Part shown: positions 16,437-24,503 of the stretch, piece after piece
How positions within the stretch are numbered: position 1 is the stretch's first letter
Layout of the letters: every line of letters starts with the position of its first letter
Assembly: GCA_046483165.1 (NCBI GenBank)
Contig: JAWODQ010000024.1
Location: 1 to 52,187, forward strand
Source of the DNA: Bacillota bacterium
GTDB lineage: Bacteria; Bacillota; Sulfobacillia; SLMV01
DNA: 52,187 bases
Reading direction: 5' to 3'
Position numbers and translations under genes: made by a program
Notes under the pieces: model-generated
Database searches by the model: none
Seen by the model: the letters and a program-made list of their open reading frames with translations, nothing else
Told to the model about the DNA's origin: nothing

Positions 16437-19400
16437 GTGACGGAAAGCCCGGGTGGTCGGCGCGAGGACAAATCCCCGGCGGGGTTCGTCGGTGCGGCGC
16501 GCAATTGCTCTCCGCATAACGATGCGAGCGGAACGATGTCCGCCGGACATCATTGCACGATATATCCGTCATCCCAAGAAAACGTACCCGTGGCAGGTGC
16601 GTTCCTGTACGCCGGCCTGATGGCCGGAGAAAAGAGTGCCTATATCGCATCCGCGGACTGCGTAGCCGACCTGCGGCGGGAATTGTTCGATTACGGTTTG
16701 GACGTTGCCGGAGCCGAGGATCGGGGCGAATTGCGGTTGATCGAGGGCGAGCACGTATTCTTCGATCCCCGGGGAAAGTTCGACCCGAAAGGATCGGCGC
16801 GACGGGTATTGCAGATACTCGGAGAGCTCGGCGCAGGCAGCAATCCGGTTCGCCTCGGGATAGATATGGGGTGGATAGGAGATTCAGGGTCGCCACCCAC
16901 CGGATTGGTGGAGTACGAGCGTCGGTTGAATCGCGGTTTGAGGCCCTACGGCCGCGCGGCGTTGCTTTGCGCCTATCCCCGTTCGTCGATGTCCGAAGTC
17001 GACGCCTGGAATCTGCTGGGAGAACACCCATCCTTGCTGCTCGAAGATCGCGTGTGGCGGAATCCATTGTATGGAGCCGGTCGCGGGTGGGAGTCAACCC
17101 CCGCTACCGAAGGAGATTCCGCATCCGACGATGCGGGTGAAGAGCATTATCCGTCGGATGACTTCTGGATTGGCATCCTGCGGGATTCCCCCCAGCCTAT
17201 CGCCATATTACGCGGGGACGGGACGCCCCTACTGTGTAACCAATCCCTCAGGAGGCTCACCGGATGCACCGATAGTCCGGAGGATGCGGAGACGATTCGT
17301 CTCTTCGATGACGTCTTAGCCGAATTGGAAGAATCGGACTCGGCGATGTTCGATCGGGATTTGACGCGCGATTCGGGCGAGGCGGAATCGATCAGAATCC
17401 TTGCCTACCGCGCCTTTGGTTCGGGAGAATACTCCACGAGAATCTTCGTCTTCGTTAACGACATATCTCGAGAACACCGGGTGGAAAGGGCACTGCGGCG
17501 GGAACGGGATGTGACCGCCAGGCTGATGGATGCGAGTCCGGCCGGGATAACCGTGGTAGACACCGACGGCGTCATATCTTTCGCCAACTCGCAGGCGGAA
17601 GAGATCCTGGGGCTGGAACGAAGTCTCATCAGGGAGAGAAGATACGACACTCCGGACTGGGAGAGTACCGATTTCTCCGGTGCCGCCATACCGGATGAGG
17701 AGAGAATCTTTAGACGGGTGATGCGTACTGGCAAACCGGTTTTCGGTTTCGAAGAGAGGATACGAAGACCCGACGGAACGTCCGCAGACTTGCGCATCAA
17801 CGGTGCTCCACTCAGGTCCGACGATGGCGAAATCGAAGGCGTGGTGTTCGTCCTGCACGACGTCACGGCGACACGCCGGGCCGAGGAATACCGCCGGCGG
17901 AAAGTCGAGTTTCTCTCGAGGCTGGCCAGCTGCGAGACGTTGCGGTCCGCCGCCGAACTCACTATGGAGGAGGTATTGGAGGTTTCCGGTATGGAGGCCG
18001 GCGCGATTAGGCTGGCCAGGGACGAGGACTACCCCTATTATGTCCACCGCGGTTTCTCGCCATCTTTCGTGAGGAGTGAATCCCACCTCGCTTCTCTCGA
18101 TTCCGAAGGAGTGCCCGTAAGAGACGATTCGGGGGATCTAATGTTGGAGTGCACCTGCGGGCGCATCCTTCGCGGGGAAGTTGCCGCGCTGGAGGGCGAT
18201 TTCACCCCGGGTGGCAGCTTCTACACCGGTGCGGCCGACGAAAGGCTCGCGGAAGAAGTCAAAAACGACGAAAGCGGCGTGGGAGAATACCGGGGCAGAT
18301 GCGTCCAGGAGGGTTACCGCAGTGTGGCTTTGATCCCGTTAAACGTCGGCAACGAAATGATCGGCCTAATACAGCTGAATGATCGTTCCCGAGACGCCCT
18401 GGAACCCGAGATCCTGGAGTACATCGAGGACATCGCAACGCCCGTGGCGTACACGCTTCGCCTGATGAATTCGCAGCAATCTCTCCGGTTGAGCGAAAAC
18501 AAATACCGCAATCTCGTCGAGAGGGCGTCGGATGCGATCGTAATAGTCCAGGATTACATCGTCCGATTCGCAAATCCGCGAGTCGAGGATCTCCTGGGAT
18601 ACGGCCCCGAAGAAATGGTGGGAACCGAGTTCATGCGTTATGTGCATTACGAGGACGTACCGGAGGTCGCCCAGAAGTACAATCGGAGAATGACCGGCGG
18701 CGATGAAGCTCCCATCTATCAGGCGCGCTTGCGCCACAAAGATGGTCGCGAGATATTTACCGAGATCAACGCGGGCCTGGTCCAATTCGAGGGTCGGTTG
18801 GCAGATCTCGTGTTGATAAGGGACATAAGCGAGAGGGTGAAATCGCGGCAGCGTCTGCAATATTTGAGTATGCACGATCAGCTTACCGGCCTGTATAACC
18901 GCGCCTACTTCGAAACCGAGCTCCGACGTTTGGACGTTGACCGCCAGCTCCCGCTCACGCTGGTGATGGGCGATGTCAACGGTTTGAAGCTCATAAACGA
19001 CGCCTTCGGCCATCGGACGGGAGACATGCTCCTGCGGGAAGTCGCCCGGATGCTGCGAAGGTACTTCCGGGAGGAGGATGTTGCGGCGCGCTGGGGCGGC
19101 GACGAGTTCATAGTGATACTGCCCCAGACCGACCGGGAAACGGCGGAGTCGATATGTGATCGATTGCGAGGCGCCTTCGACGAATCTCGCATCGCCGGGG
19201 TCGAGTTGAGCGTAGCCCTCGGTGCCGCCACCAAGGAAGATCTCGCAGAAGAAGTCGAGTCGATTCTTCGCCTCGCCGAAGAACGAATGTATCGCAGCAA
19301 GACTCGCGATGGTCGAAGTGTACGCGGTAGCATACTGGAGTCGCTACAGAGATCACTGCGGGAGACGGGTTGCGAAACCGAGGAGCATTCGAGCCGGGTT

Positions 19401-19904
19401 GGACAGTTGAGTCTGGCCGTGGCCGAGCGGGTCGGAATCAGAGAAGAGGAGCGCGAGGAACTGGTCCTCCTGGCCGATCTGCACGACATCGGAAAGATCG
19501 CGCTACCTCCGAACCTCCTGGCAAAACCCGGCCCGCTGGGCGAAGAGGAGTGGCGTACCGTGAAAAACCACCCCGTGGTGGGTTATCGCATCGCCCAGTC
19601 TTCCCCGGATTTGTGGCCCATAGCTGAGGCTATCCTCACCCATCACGAATGGTGGGACGGATCGGGTTATCCTCGGGGACTCTCCGGCAGGGAAATTCCG
19701 TTAAATGCGCGAATACTGGCAATTGCGGACGCTTATGATGTGATGGTGTCGGATAGGCCTTACAGTAAACCGTCTTCGCATTCCGAGGCAGCTGCCGAGA
19801 TCCGGCGCGCGGCCGGAACGCAATTCGATCCCGAGCTGGTCGAGGCATTCCTATCCGCGATGGAAGAGGATGATCTCGAGCGCACGCTATATGGTGAACG
19901 TTAA
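16437..19904 (+). CDS. Multidomain c-di-GMP signalling protein: MEDS - PAS - PAS - GAF - PAS - GGDEF - HD-GYP (1155 aa)
   Basis: GTG 16437 follows GAGGTGGAGGTGGAGGAG. MEDS-like 'GHHCTIYPSSQENVPVAGAFLYAGLMAGEKSAYIAS...ALLCAYP'. GGDEF at 19095-19109, with the RxxD I-site 'REED' upstream. HD-GYP: 'HSSRVG', 'LHDIGK' (HD at 19482-87) and 'HHEWWDGSGYP' (GYP at 19665-73). Confidence 0.9.
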   Translation: MTESPGGRREDKSPAGFVGAARNCSPHNDASGTMSAGHHCTIYPSSQENVPVAGAFLYAGLMAGEKSAYIASADCVADLRRELFDYGLDVAGAEDRGELRLIEGEHVFFDPRGKFDPKGSARRVLQILGELGAGSNPVRLGIDMGWIGDSGSPPTGLVEYERRLNRGLRPYGRAALLCAYPRSSMSEVDAWNLLGEHPSLLLEDRVWRNPLYGAGRGWESTPATEGDSASDDAGEEHYPSDDFWIGILRDSPQPIAILRGDGTPLLCNQSLRRLTGCTDSPEDAETIRLFDDVLAELEESDSAMFDRDLTRDSGEAESIRILAYRAFGSGEYSTRIFVFVNDISREHRVERALRRERDVTARLMDASPAGITVVDTDGVISFANSQAEEILGLERSLIRERRYDTPDWESTDFSGAAIPDEERIFRRVMRTGKPVFGFEERIRRPDGTSADLRINGAPLRSDDGEIEGVVFVLHDVTATRRAEEYRRRKVEFLSRLASCETLRSAAELTMEEVLEVSGMEAGAIRLARDEDYPYYVHRGFSPSFVRSESHLASLDSEGVPVRDDSGDLMLECTCGRILRGEVAALEGDFTPGGSFYTGAADERLAEEVKNDESGVGEYRGRCVQEGYRSVALIPLNVGNEMIGLIQLNDRSRDALEPEILEYIEDIATPVAYTLRLMNSQQSLRLSENKYRNLVERASDAIVIVQDYIVRFANPRVEDLLGYGPEEMVGTEFMRYVHYEDVPEVAQKYNRRMTGGDEAPIYQARLRHKDGREIFTEINAGLVQFEGRLADLVLIRDISERVKSRQRLQYLSMHDQLTGLYNRAYFETELRRLDVDRQLPLTLVMGDVNGLKLINDAFGHRTGDMLLREVARMLRRYFREEDVAARWGGDEFIVILPQTDRETAESICDRLRGAFDESRIAGVELSVALGAATKEDLAEEVESILRLAEERMYRSKTRDGRSVRGSILESLQRSLRETGCETEEHSSRVGQLSLAVAERVGIREEEREELVLLADLHDIGKIALPPNLLAKPGPLGEEEWRTVKNHPVVGYRIAQSSPDLWPIAEAILTHHEWWDGSGYPRGLSGREIPLNARILAIADAYDVMVSDRPYSKPSSHSEAAAEIRRAAGTQFDPELVEAFLSAMEEDDLERTLYGER

Positions 19905-19938
19905 CGGTCCCGGGTCCTTGAGGGGATGTACATGAACC

Positions 19939-21525
19939 TTGTTTGAGGGTGAATCCCGAGTCGATGCCGGACCGAACGTTGGACTTGTTCGGGGTAGAAC
20001 CATCGCGATGGCGGTCGTATCGGTTACCATTCTCTATGCTGCGCCCCTCCTCTTATACTTCTACGATTCCGTACCGCAGATTTGGCGCTCGATGTCCCTC
20101 GGGGGTCCAATACTGGCGGCGATGCTGGCTTCGCTCTTGTTGGGTCGCGCCGGGTTAGCGGTCGCCTCGATTGCCAACGCCGCCATACTGGTGTATTTCG
20201 GTCGCGAGGTGTTGCGAGAAACCGCGGAGATTGCCCCCGAGCTCGCCCTCGCCGTCATGGGGGCGGTGTTCGCAACGCAGGTGGCCGCGAGCATAATCGC
20301 GGTATTGGTGGAGAAGGTCAGGCGCACCGTGAGCGACATGCGGGAGACGAATCATTCTCTGGAGAGACTGGCGCTCCTGGACGAAATGACGGGTCTTTAC
20401 AATTTCCGCTATTTCGCCCAGCGGGTCGAAGAGGAGATAGCCCGCGCGGACCGTCTTCGCAAGTCTTTGGTCCTGATCATCGTAGACATCGATCACTTCA
20501 AGCACTACAACGATACGTACGGACATCCCCAGGGCGATCGCGCGTTGATAAAGCTGGCCGGTCTGTTGCGCCGCAGCGTTCGGCGCTCCGATGTGGTTTT
20601 TCGCTACGGTGGCGAAGAATTCATAATCCTCGCTCCCGGTGCGGACGGACACGAGGGAATGACGCTGGCCGAGAGAGTTAGATTCCGGGTGGGAGTTACC
20701 GATTTCTCCCACGGATCCGGCGGTTCCGGTCCTTCACTCAGCGTTTCCGCGGGTTTTTCCGTGTACCCGGACTGGGCGCAGGGCAGCCAGGAGCTCCTGC
20801 TCCAGGCCGACGAGGCCCTGTACCACGCGAAGCGACAGGGGGGAGATCGCGTCGAGCGGTACCCCGACGCCGCCGAGGTGGACGAAGAACGCGCCGGAGA
20901 GGATGGAGCTGTACTCGCCGCCGTCCGTACCCTTCTCAACATAATCTCGGCCCGCGATGGGTACACGTACAACCATTCCCAGCGGGTGATGAAGTACAGC
21001 CTGGGGATCGGTCACCACATGGGTTTGGAGGAATCCGAATTGCGCGTACTGCAGTGGTCGGCGCTCATTCACGATCTCGGAAAGATAGAGCTTTCCCGCT
21101 CCCTGCTGATGAAATCTCGCGATCTCGATCGTCGTGAATGGGAGTCAGTGCGTCGGCATCCCGATGCTTCCGCCAGGCTCGTGGAACCGGTCATGGAGAG
21201 GATGGGGAGCATAGCGGAGGTAGTTCGAGCCCATCACGAACATTACGATGGAGGAGGATATCCCCGGGGGCTAGAGGGATCCGAGATTCCCTTCCACGCC
21301 CGGATTCTGGCGGTGGCTGACGCCATCGACGCCATGCTCGCCGAGCGCCCATATCGACCAGGAGTACCCCGCGAAGAGGTCGTCGAGGAGCTTTGGGAAT
21401 GTGCCGGCTCGCAGTTTGACCCCGAGATCGTCGAAGCGGCGGTCCGTTTTCTCCGTCACGGAACGGAAGTCGAGGAGGGGGAAGTATTGCCCGTGGACTC
21501 GCTGACGGCATCGGAGGACCCTTGA
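19939..21525 (+). CDS. Membrane-anchored GGDEF + HD-GYP hybrid c-di-GMP enzyme
   Basis: About 4 N-terminal TM helices. 'LDEMTGLYNFRYF', 'HPQGDRAL', GGEEF at 20608-20622 with I-site 'RRSD'. HD-GYP: 'HSQRVM', 'IHDLGK' and 'HHEHYDGGGYP'. The start is uncertain: TTG 19939 or ATG 20008. Confidence 0.9.
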   Translation: MFEGESRVDAGPNVGLVRGRTIAMAVVSVTILYAAPLLLYFYDSVPQIWRSMSLGGPILAAMLASLLLGRAGLAVASIANAAILVYFGREVLRETAEIAPELALAVMGAVFATQVAASIIAVLVEKVRRTVSDMRETNHSLERLALLDEMTGLYNFRYFAQRVEEEIARADRLRKSLVLIIVDIDHFKHYNDTYGHPQGDRALIKLAGLLRRSVRRSDVVFRYGGEEFIILAPGADGHEGMTLAERVRFRVGVTDFSHGSGGSGPSLSVSAGFSVYPDWAQGSQELLLQADEALYHAKRQGGDRVERYPDAAEVDEERAGEDGAVLAAVRTLLNIISARDGYTYNHSQRVMKYSLGIGHHMGLEESELRVLQWSALIHDLGKIELSRSLLMKSRDLDRREWESVRRHPDASARLVEPVMERMGSIAEVVRAHHEHYDGGGYPRGLEGSEIPFHARILAVADAIDAMLAERPYRPGVPREEVVEELWECAGSQFDPEIVEAAVRFLRHGTEVEEGEVLPVDSLTASEDP

Positions 21526-21548
21526 TTCCGCCCGGAGGTGCAAATGAG

Positions 21549-23228
21549 TTGGTCGAACACTGCGAGAATGACGGATTCCGCGTGGCGCTGGTTCACGGTT
21601 ACCTGCTGCGGGGGACCGGCAGCAACGTGTACGTCTGCAACCTGGCCAAAGCCCTGTGTGCCGAGGGATTTCCGGTTACACTTTTCAGCCAAGACCCCGA
21701 TCCCGGCCGTCTCGACTTCGTCTCCCAGGTGGTGGAGTATCGCGGAGACAAACCGCACCTAATCTCGGAAAAGGGCACCCCGTATCCCGGTTCGTGTCGG
21801 GCGGTGAAACCCGACATCGGGCCGATACTCGGCGTTTACGTCCGGGATAAATACCGGGGTTTTATCGTGCGGGAATTCGCGGAGATGACCTCCGCGCAAC
21901 TGGATAGATATCTTCGCGGTAACGTATCGGCCCTGGAATCGGAGTTTTCGGAGTTCCCGCCCCGGGTGATCATTTCGAACCATTCCGTGATGCAGCCCGC
22001 CTACGTTGCGCGGGCGCGCCACGGGAGGGGGAGGCACCTGGCAATATTGCACGGCAGTGCCCTGAACTTCACCGTGAAGGGCGATTCCCGCATAACGGGA
22101 TACGCGCTGGAGGGATTGCGGGATGCCGACGTGCTGGCCGCGCCCAGCGAGTACTCGGTACGCGATCTATCGAGCGTCCTGCCACAACTCGGAGAGGTCC
22201 GGGTGAACGCGGTTCCGCCGGGCGTAGATTTGGAGGTTTTCGTGCCTCGCCCCACACTCGGGGAAAGACAACGGGACGCGCGAAGAATCCCCGGGGACAT
22301 CCTCGAGGGACTGCGCAGCTCCGTCCGGTCGCGCCCGGGAGGTCGGGGTGGGGAGGTGCGCGAAAGAATGCGGGCGATTTGTTCCGGCGCTCGATCCGTC
22401 CGGGAGCTGGAAGGTAACATTTCCGAGCTCGGGGAACAATATGATTCCTGGGCTCCCGACCCGGAGCTACCGGAAACCCTCGCCTCCCTTACGGCGGGAG
22501 ACGAGATCATTTTGTATTTCGGTAAGTTCCTACACACGAAGGGATTACGGATCCTTCTGGCCGCGCTCCCGCTGGTAATGATGCGAAGGCCGCGGGCCAG
22601 GGTCGTGGCGGTCGGGTTCGGTGAAGACAGGGAACGCATCGAGGCAGGGATCGAATTATTGCACCTGGGGAGAAGGGATCTTTTCGAGGAGTTCTTTTTG
22701 TCCCGAGATGATACCGGGTATCTCGATTCCCTCGTCCGCCATCTCTCCGATCCGGAGTTGAGCCGTGATTACTACCGGGCGGCCCGGGGGAGTATGCGCC
22801 GGCATTTCCTTACGACGGGCATATTGGAACAGGATGAGTTGGGATCCATCGCCGGTTTCGCCGACATATCCGTGGCACCTTCGATATTTCCGGAGGCTTT
22901 CGGTTTGGTGGGTGCCGAGGCGCTGGCCGCGGGAGTGCTCCCCGTGCTGACGGCCGGGTCCGGATTCGAAGAAGTGAGCCGAGTCTTTCGCGAGGAGTTC
23001 TCGGATCTTTTGGGCGAGGAAGCGAACCTGGATCCATTACCTCGAGACGAAGATTTACCCCTGGAGTTGGCCTCGAGAATGGCCGAATTGTTGGGGTCTG
23101 TGACCGCCTCTTCGGCGTTGCGGCGGGAGATCGGTGAACGTGCACGAACTCTGGCCGAGAGGCATTTCAGTTGGAGGCGTGCGGCGCGGGATCTTCTGAA
23201 CGTTTCGCTGCCCGGGGGAGGCCGTTGA
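21549..23228 (+). CDS. GT4-family (GT-B fold, group 1) glycosyltransferase with a large inter-domain insertion
   Basis: Contains 'FRVALVHGYLLRGTGSNVYVCNLAKAL', 'ILYFGKFLHTKGLRILL' and 'PEAFGLVGAEALAAGVLPVL...GFEEV'. TTG 21549 lies 8 nt after GGAGGTG. The alternative TTG 21522 overlaps the upstream stop (21523-25). Confidence 0.85.
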   Translation: MVEHCENDGFRVALVHGYLLRGTGSNVYVCNLAKALCAEGFPVTLFSQDPDPGRLDFVSQVVEYRGDKPHLISEKGTPYPGSCRAVKPDIGPILGVYVRDKYRGFIVREFAEMTSAQLDRYLRGNVSALESEFSEFPPRVIISNHSVMQPAYVARARHGRGRHLAILHGSALNFTVKGDSRITGYALEGLRDADVLAAPSEYSVRDLSSVLPQLGEVRVNAVPPGVDLEVFVPRPTLGERQRDARRIPGDILEGLRSSVRSRPGGRGGEVRERMRAICSGARSVRELEGNISELGEQYDSWAPDPELPETLASLTAGDEIILYFGKFLHTKGLRILLAALPLVMMRRPRARVVAVGFGEDRERIEAGIELLHLGRRDLFEEFFLSRDDTGYLDSLVRHLSDPELSRDYYRAARGSMRRHFLTTGILEQDELGSIAGFADISVAPSIFPEAFGLVGAEALAAGVLPVLTAGSGFEEVSRVFREEFSDLLGEEANLDPLPRDEDLPLELASRMAELLGSVTASSALRREIGERARTLAERHFSWRRAARDLLNVSLPGGGR

Positions 23229-23299
23229 GCCGGCGATCGTCCGGGCGAACCGAAGACGAATTGGCACCAAAGCGTAAATGGAGAAGTGGAGGTGGCAAA

Positions 23300-23887
23300 T
23301 TGAAACTGGAGGATTATCGGGGTATGCGGGATCTGAAGCGAAGCGGTGAGCCCGACGAAGGAGGAACCGGTGGCGAAGAAGCCGACCCCATTTTCGTCGT
23401 ACAGGAGCACCACGCTTCCAGTCTGCACTACGATTTTCGCCTGGAGCACGATGGCGTGCTCCTGTCGTGGGCGATACCCAAAGGACCTTCCCTCGATCCC
23501 GGCAAAAAGAGACTGGCGGTGATGGTCGAAGACCACCCGGTCAGCTATGCGGACTTCGAGGGAGTAATACGCGAAGGAGAGTACGGAGCCGGGACTGTGG
23601 TAGTGTGGGATCGCGGGACGTACGAGACCTCGGCAGATATCGATGCGGCCCTGGAGGACGGGTTTTTGGAGGTGGAACTTCTTGGGCAGAAACTTCGCGG
23701 GGGCTGGGCCCTGGTCAAGTTCAGGGGTCGGGATGAGGATAACTGGTTGTTGGTGAAAAAAGACGACGAACACGCGAACCGTGACATCGACATCTTGGGT
23801 GAAAAACCCGAATCTGTACTGAGCGGATTGACGGCCGCGGAGCTGACGCAGAGAAGCGGTGAAACTGCCAGCGAAGAAGAACAGTAG
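23300..23887 (+). CDS. Stand-alone LigD-type 3'-phosphoesterase (LigD_N/PE) domain protein
   Basis: 'FVVQEHHASSLHYDFRLEHDGVLLSWAIPKGPSLDPGKKRLAVMVEDHPVSYADFEGVIREGEYGAGTVVVWDRGTY' is the canonical PE domain. TTG 23300 lies 4 nt after GGAGGTGG. Confidence 0.85.
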   Translation: MKLEDYRGMRDLKRSGEPDEGGTGGEEADPIFVVQEHHASSLHYDFRLEHDGVLLSWAIPKGPSLDPGKKRLAVMVEDHPVSYADFEGVIREGEYGAGTVVVWDRGTYETSADIDAALEDGFLEVELLGQKLRGGWALVKFRGRDEDNWLLVKKDDEHANRDIDILGEKPESVLSGLTAAELTQRSGETASEEEQ

Positions 23888-23997
23888 GGCTCAATCTTAG
23901 CGGACACATATCCGCACTCCCAGGCGCTACGTGCCGCGGGGCATTTGCGCGGCGAAGGAACGAACGACTGCTTGGGGTGTCTCCGATCCCACGAGAA

Positions 23998-24426
23998 TTA
24001 CAGTAAAAGTAGCGTCCACGGCGCCGTCACCATCGCAATTGTCGCGGCCAGAGCGATGGCGCGCTTCGGCGACAGTGAAAACGCCAGGGCCAGGGGATAA
24101 TTGAAGACCAATATGAGGATGCCGGCGGCGAGGATTACCGCGGGTGCGTAGGGGGATCCCGATTTGCCCACGGGACCCGCCAGGGCTTCGTAGGCGAACA
24201 GTCCCCCGAAATCGGCCAAAAGCCCCAAAATGGTCGCGATGAAGGCGTATCGGAGTGTGACCGCCCAGCTAAATTCCAGCCGCAAGAGCTTCCACGCTGC
24301 GGCCACGACGGCGGTATTAAACAGAAGGTTTATGGCGGTCATCCGGAGAAGGTTTCCGGGCAATGCCAGATTCAGCCACATGGGAAAATACACATCATAC
24401 ATCAAAGCTATCGCCTCCCCAGTCAT
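23998..24426 (-). CDS. Hypothetical small membrane protein (4 TM)
   Basis: Hydrophobic ORF with no overlapping better candidate. Convergent with the PE gene. No family recognised. Confidence 0.5.
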   Translation of the reverse strand: MTGEAIALMYDVYFPMWLNLALPGNLLRMTAINLLFNTAVVAAAWKLLRLEFSWAVTLRYAFIATILGLLADFGGLFAYEALAGPVGKSGSPYAPAVILAAGILILVFNYPLALAFSLSPKRAIALAATIAMVTAPWTLLLL

Positions 24427-24503
24427 TCTCGAGCGTCCACCGTAAAGACGAGAGGCGCAACGGGAAGTTCCACGGGGGAGGTACGAAGGGTGGAGGTCGC
24501 AGT

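Noticed and set aside
15410-16504. Long (364-aa) form of the zupT ORF
   Set aside because: The extra 106 N-terminal residues are Pro/Arg-rich with no SD. ATG 16186 has a GGGAGGAG SD and gives a normal-length ZIP protein.
22772-23773. 333-aa ORF spanning the GT4 / LigD-PE junction on the minus strand
   Set aside because: It runs antisense to two well-supported genes, and its translation is rich in Arg, Pro and Ser with no motifs.
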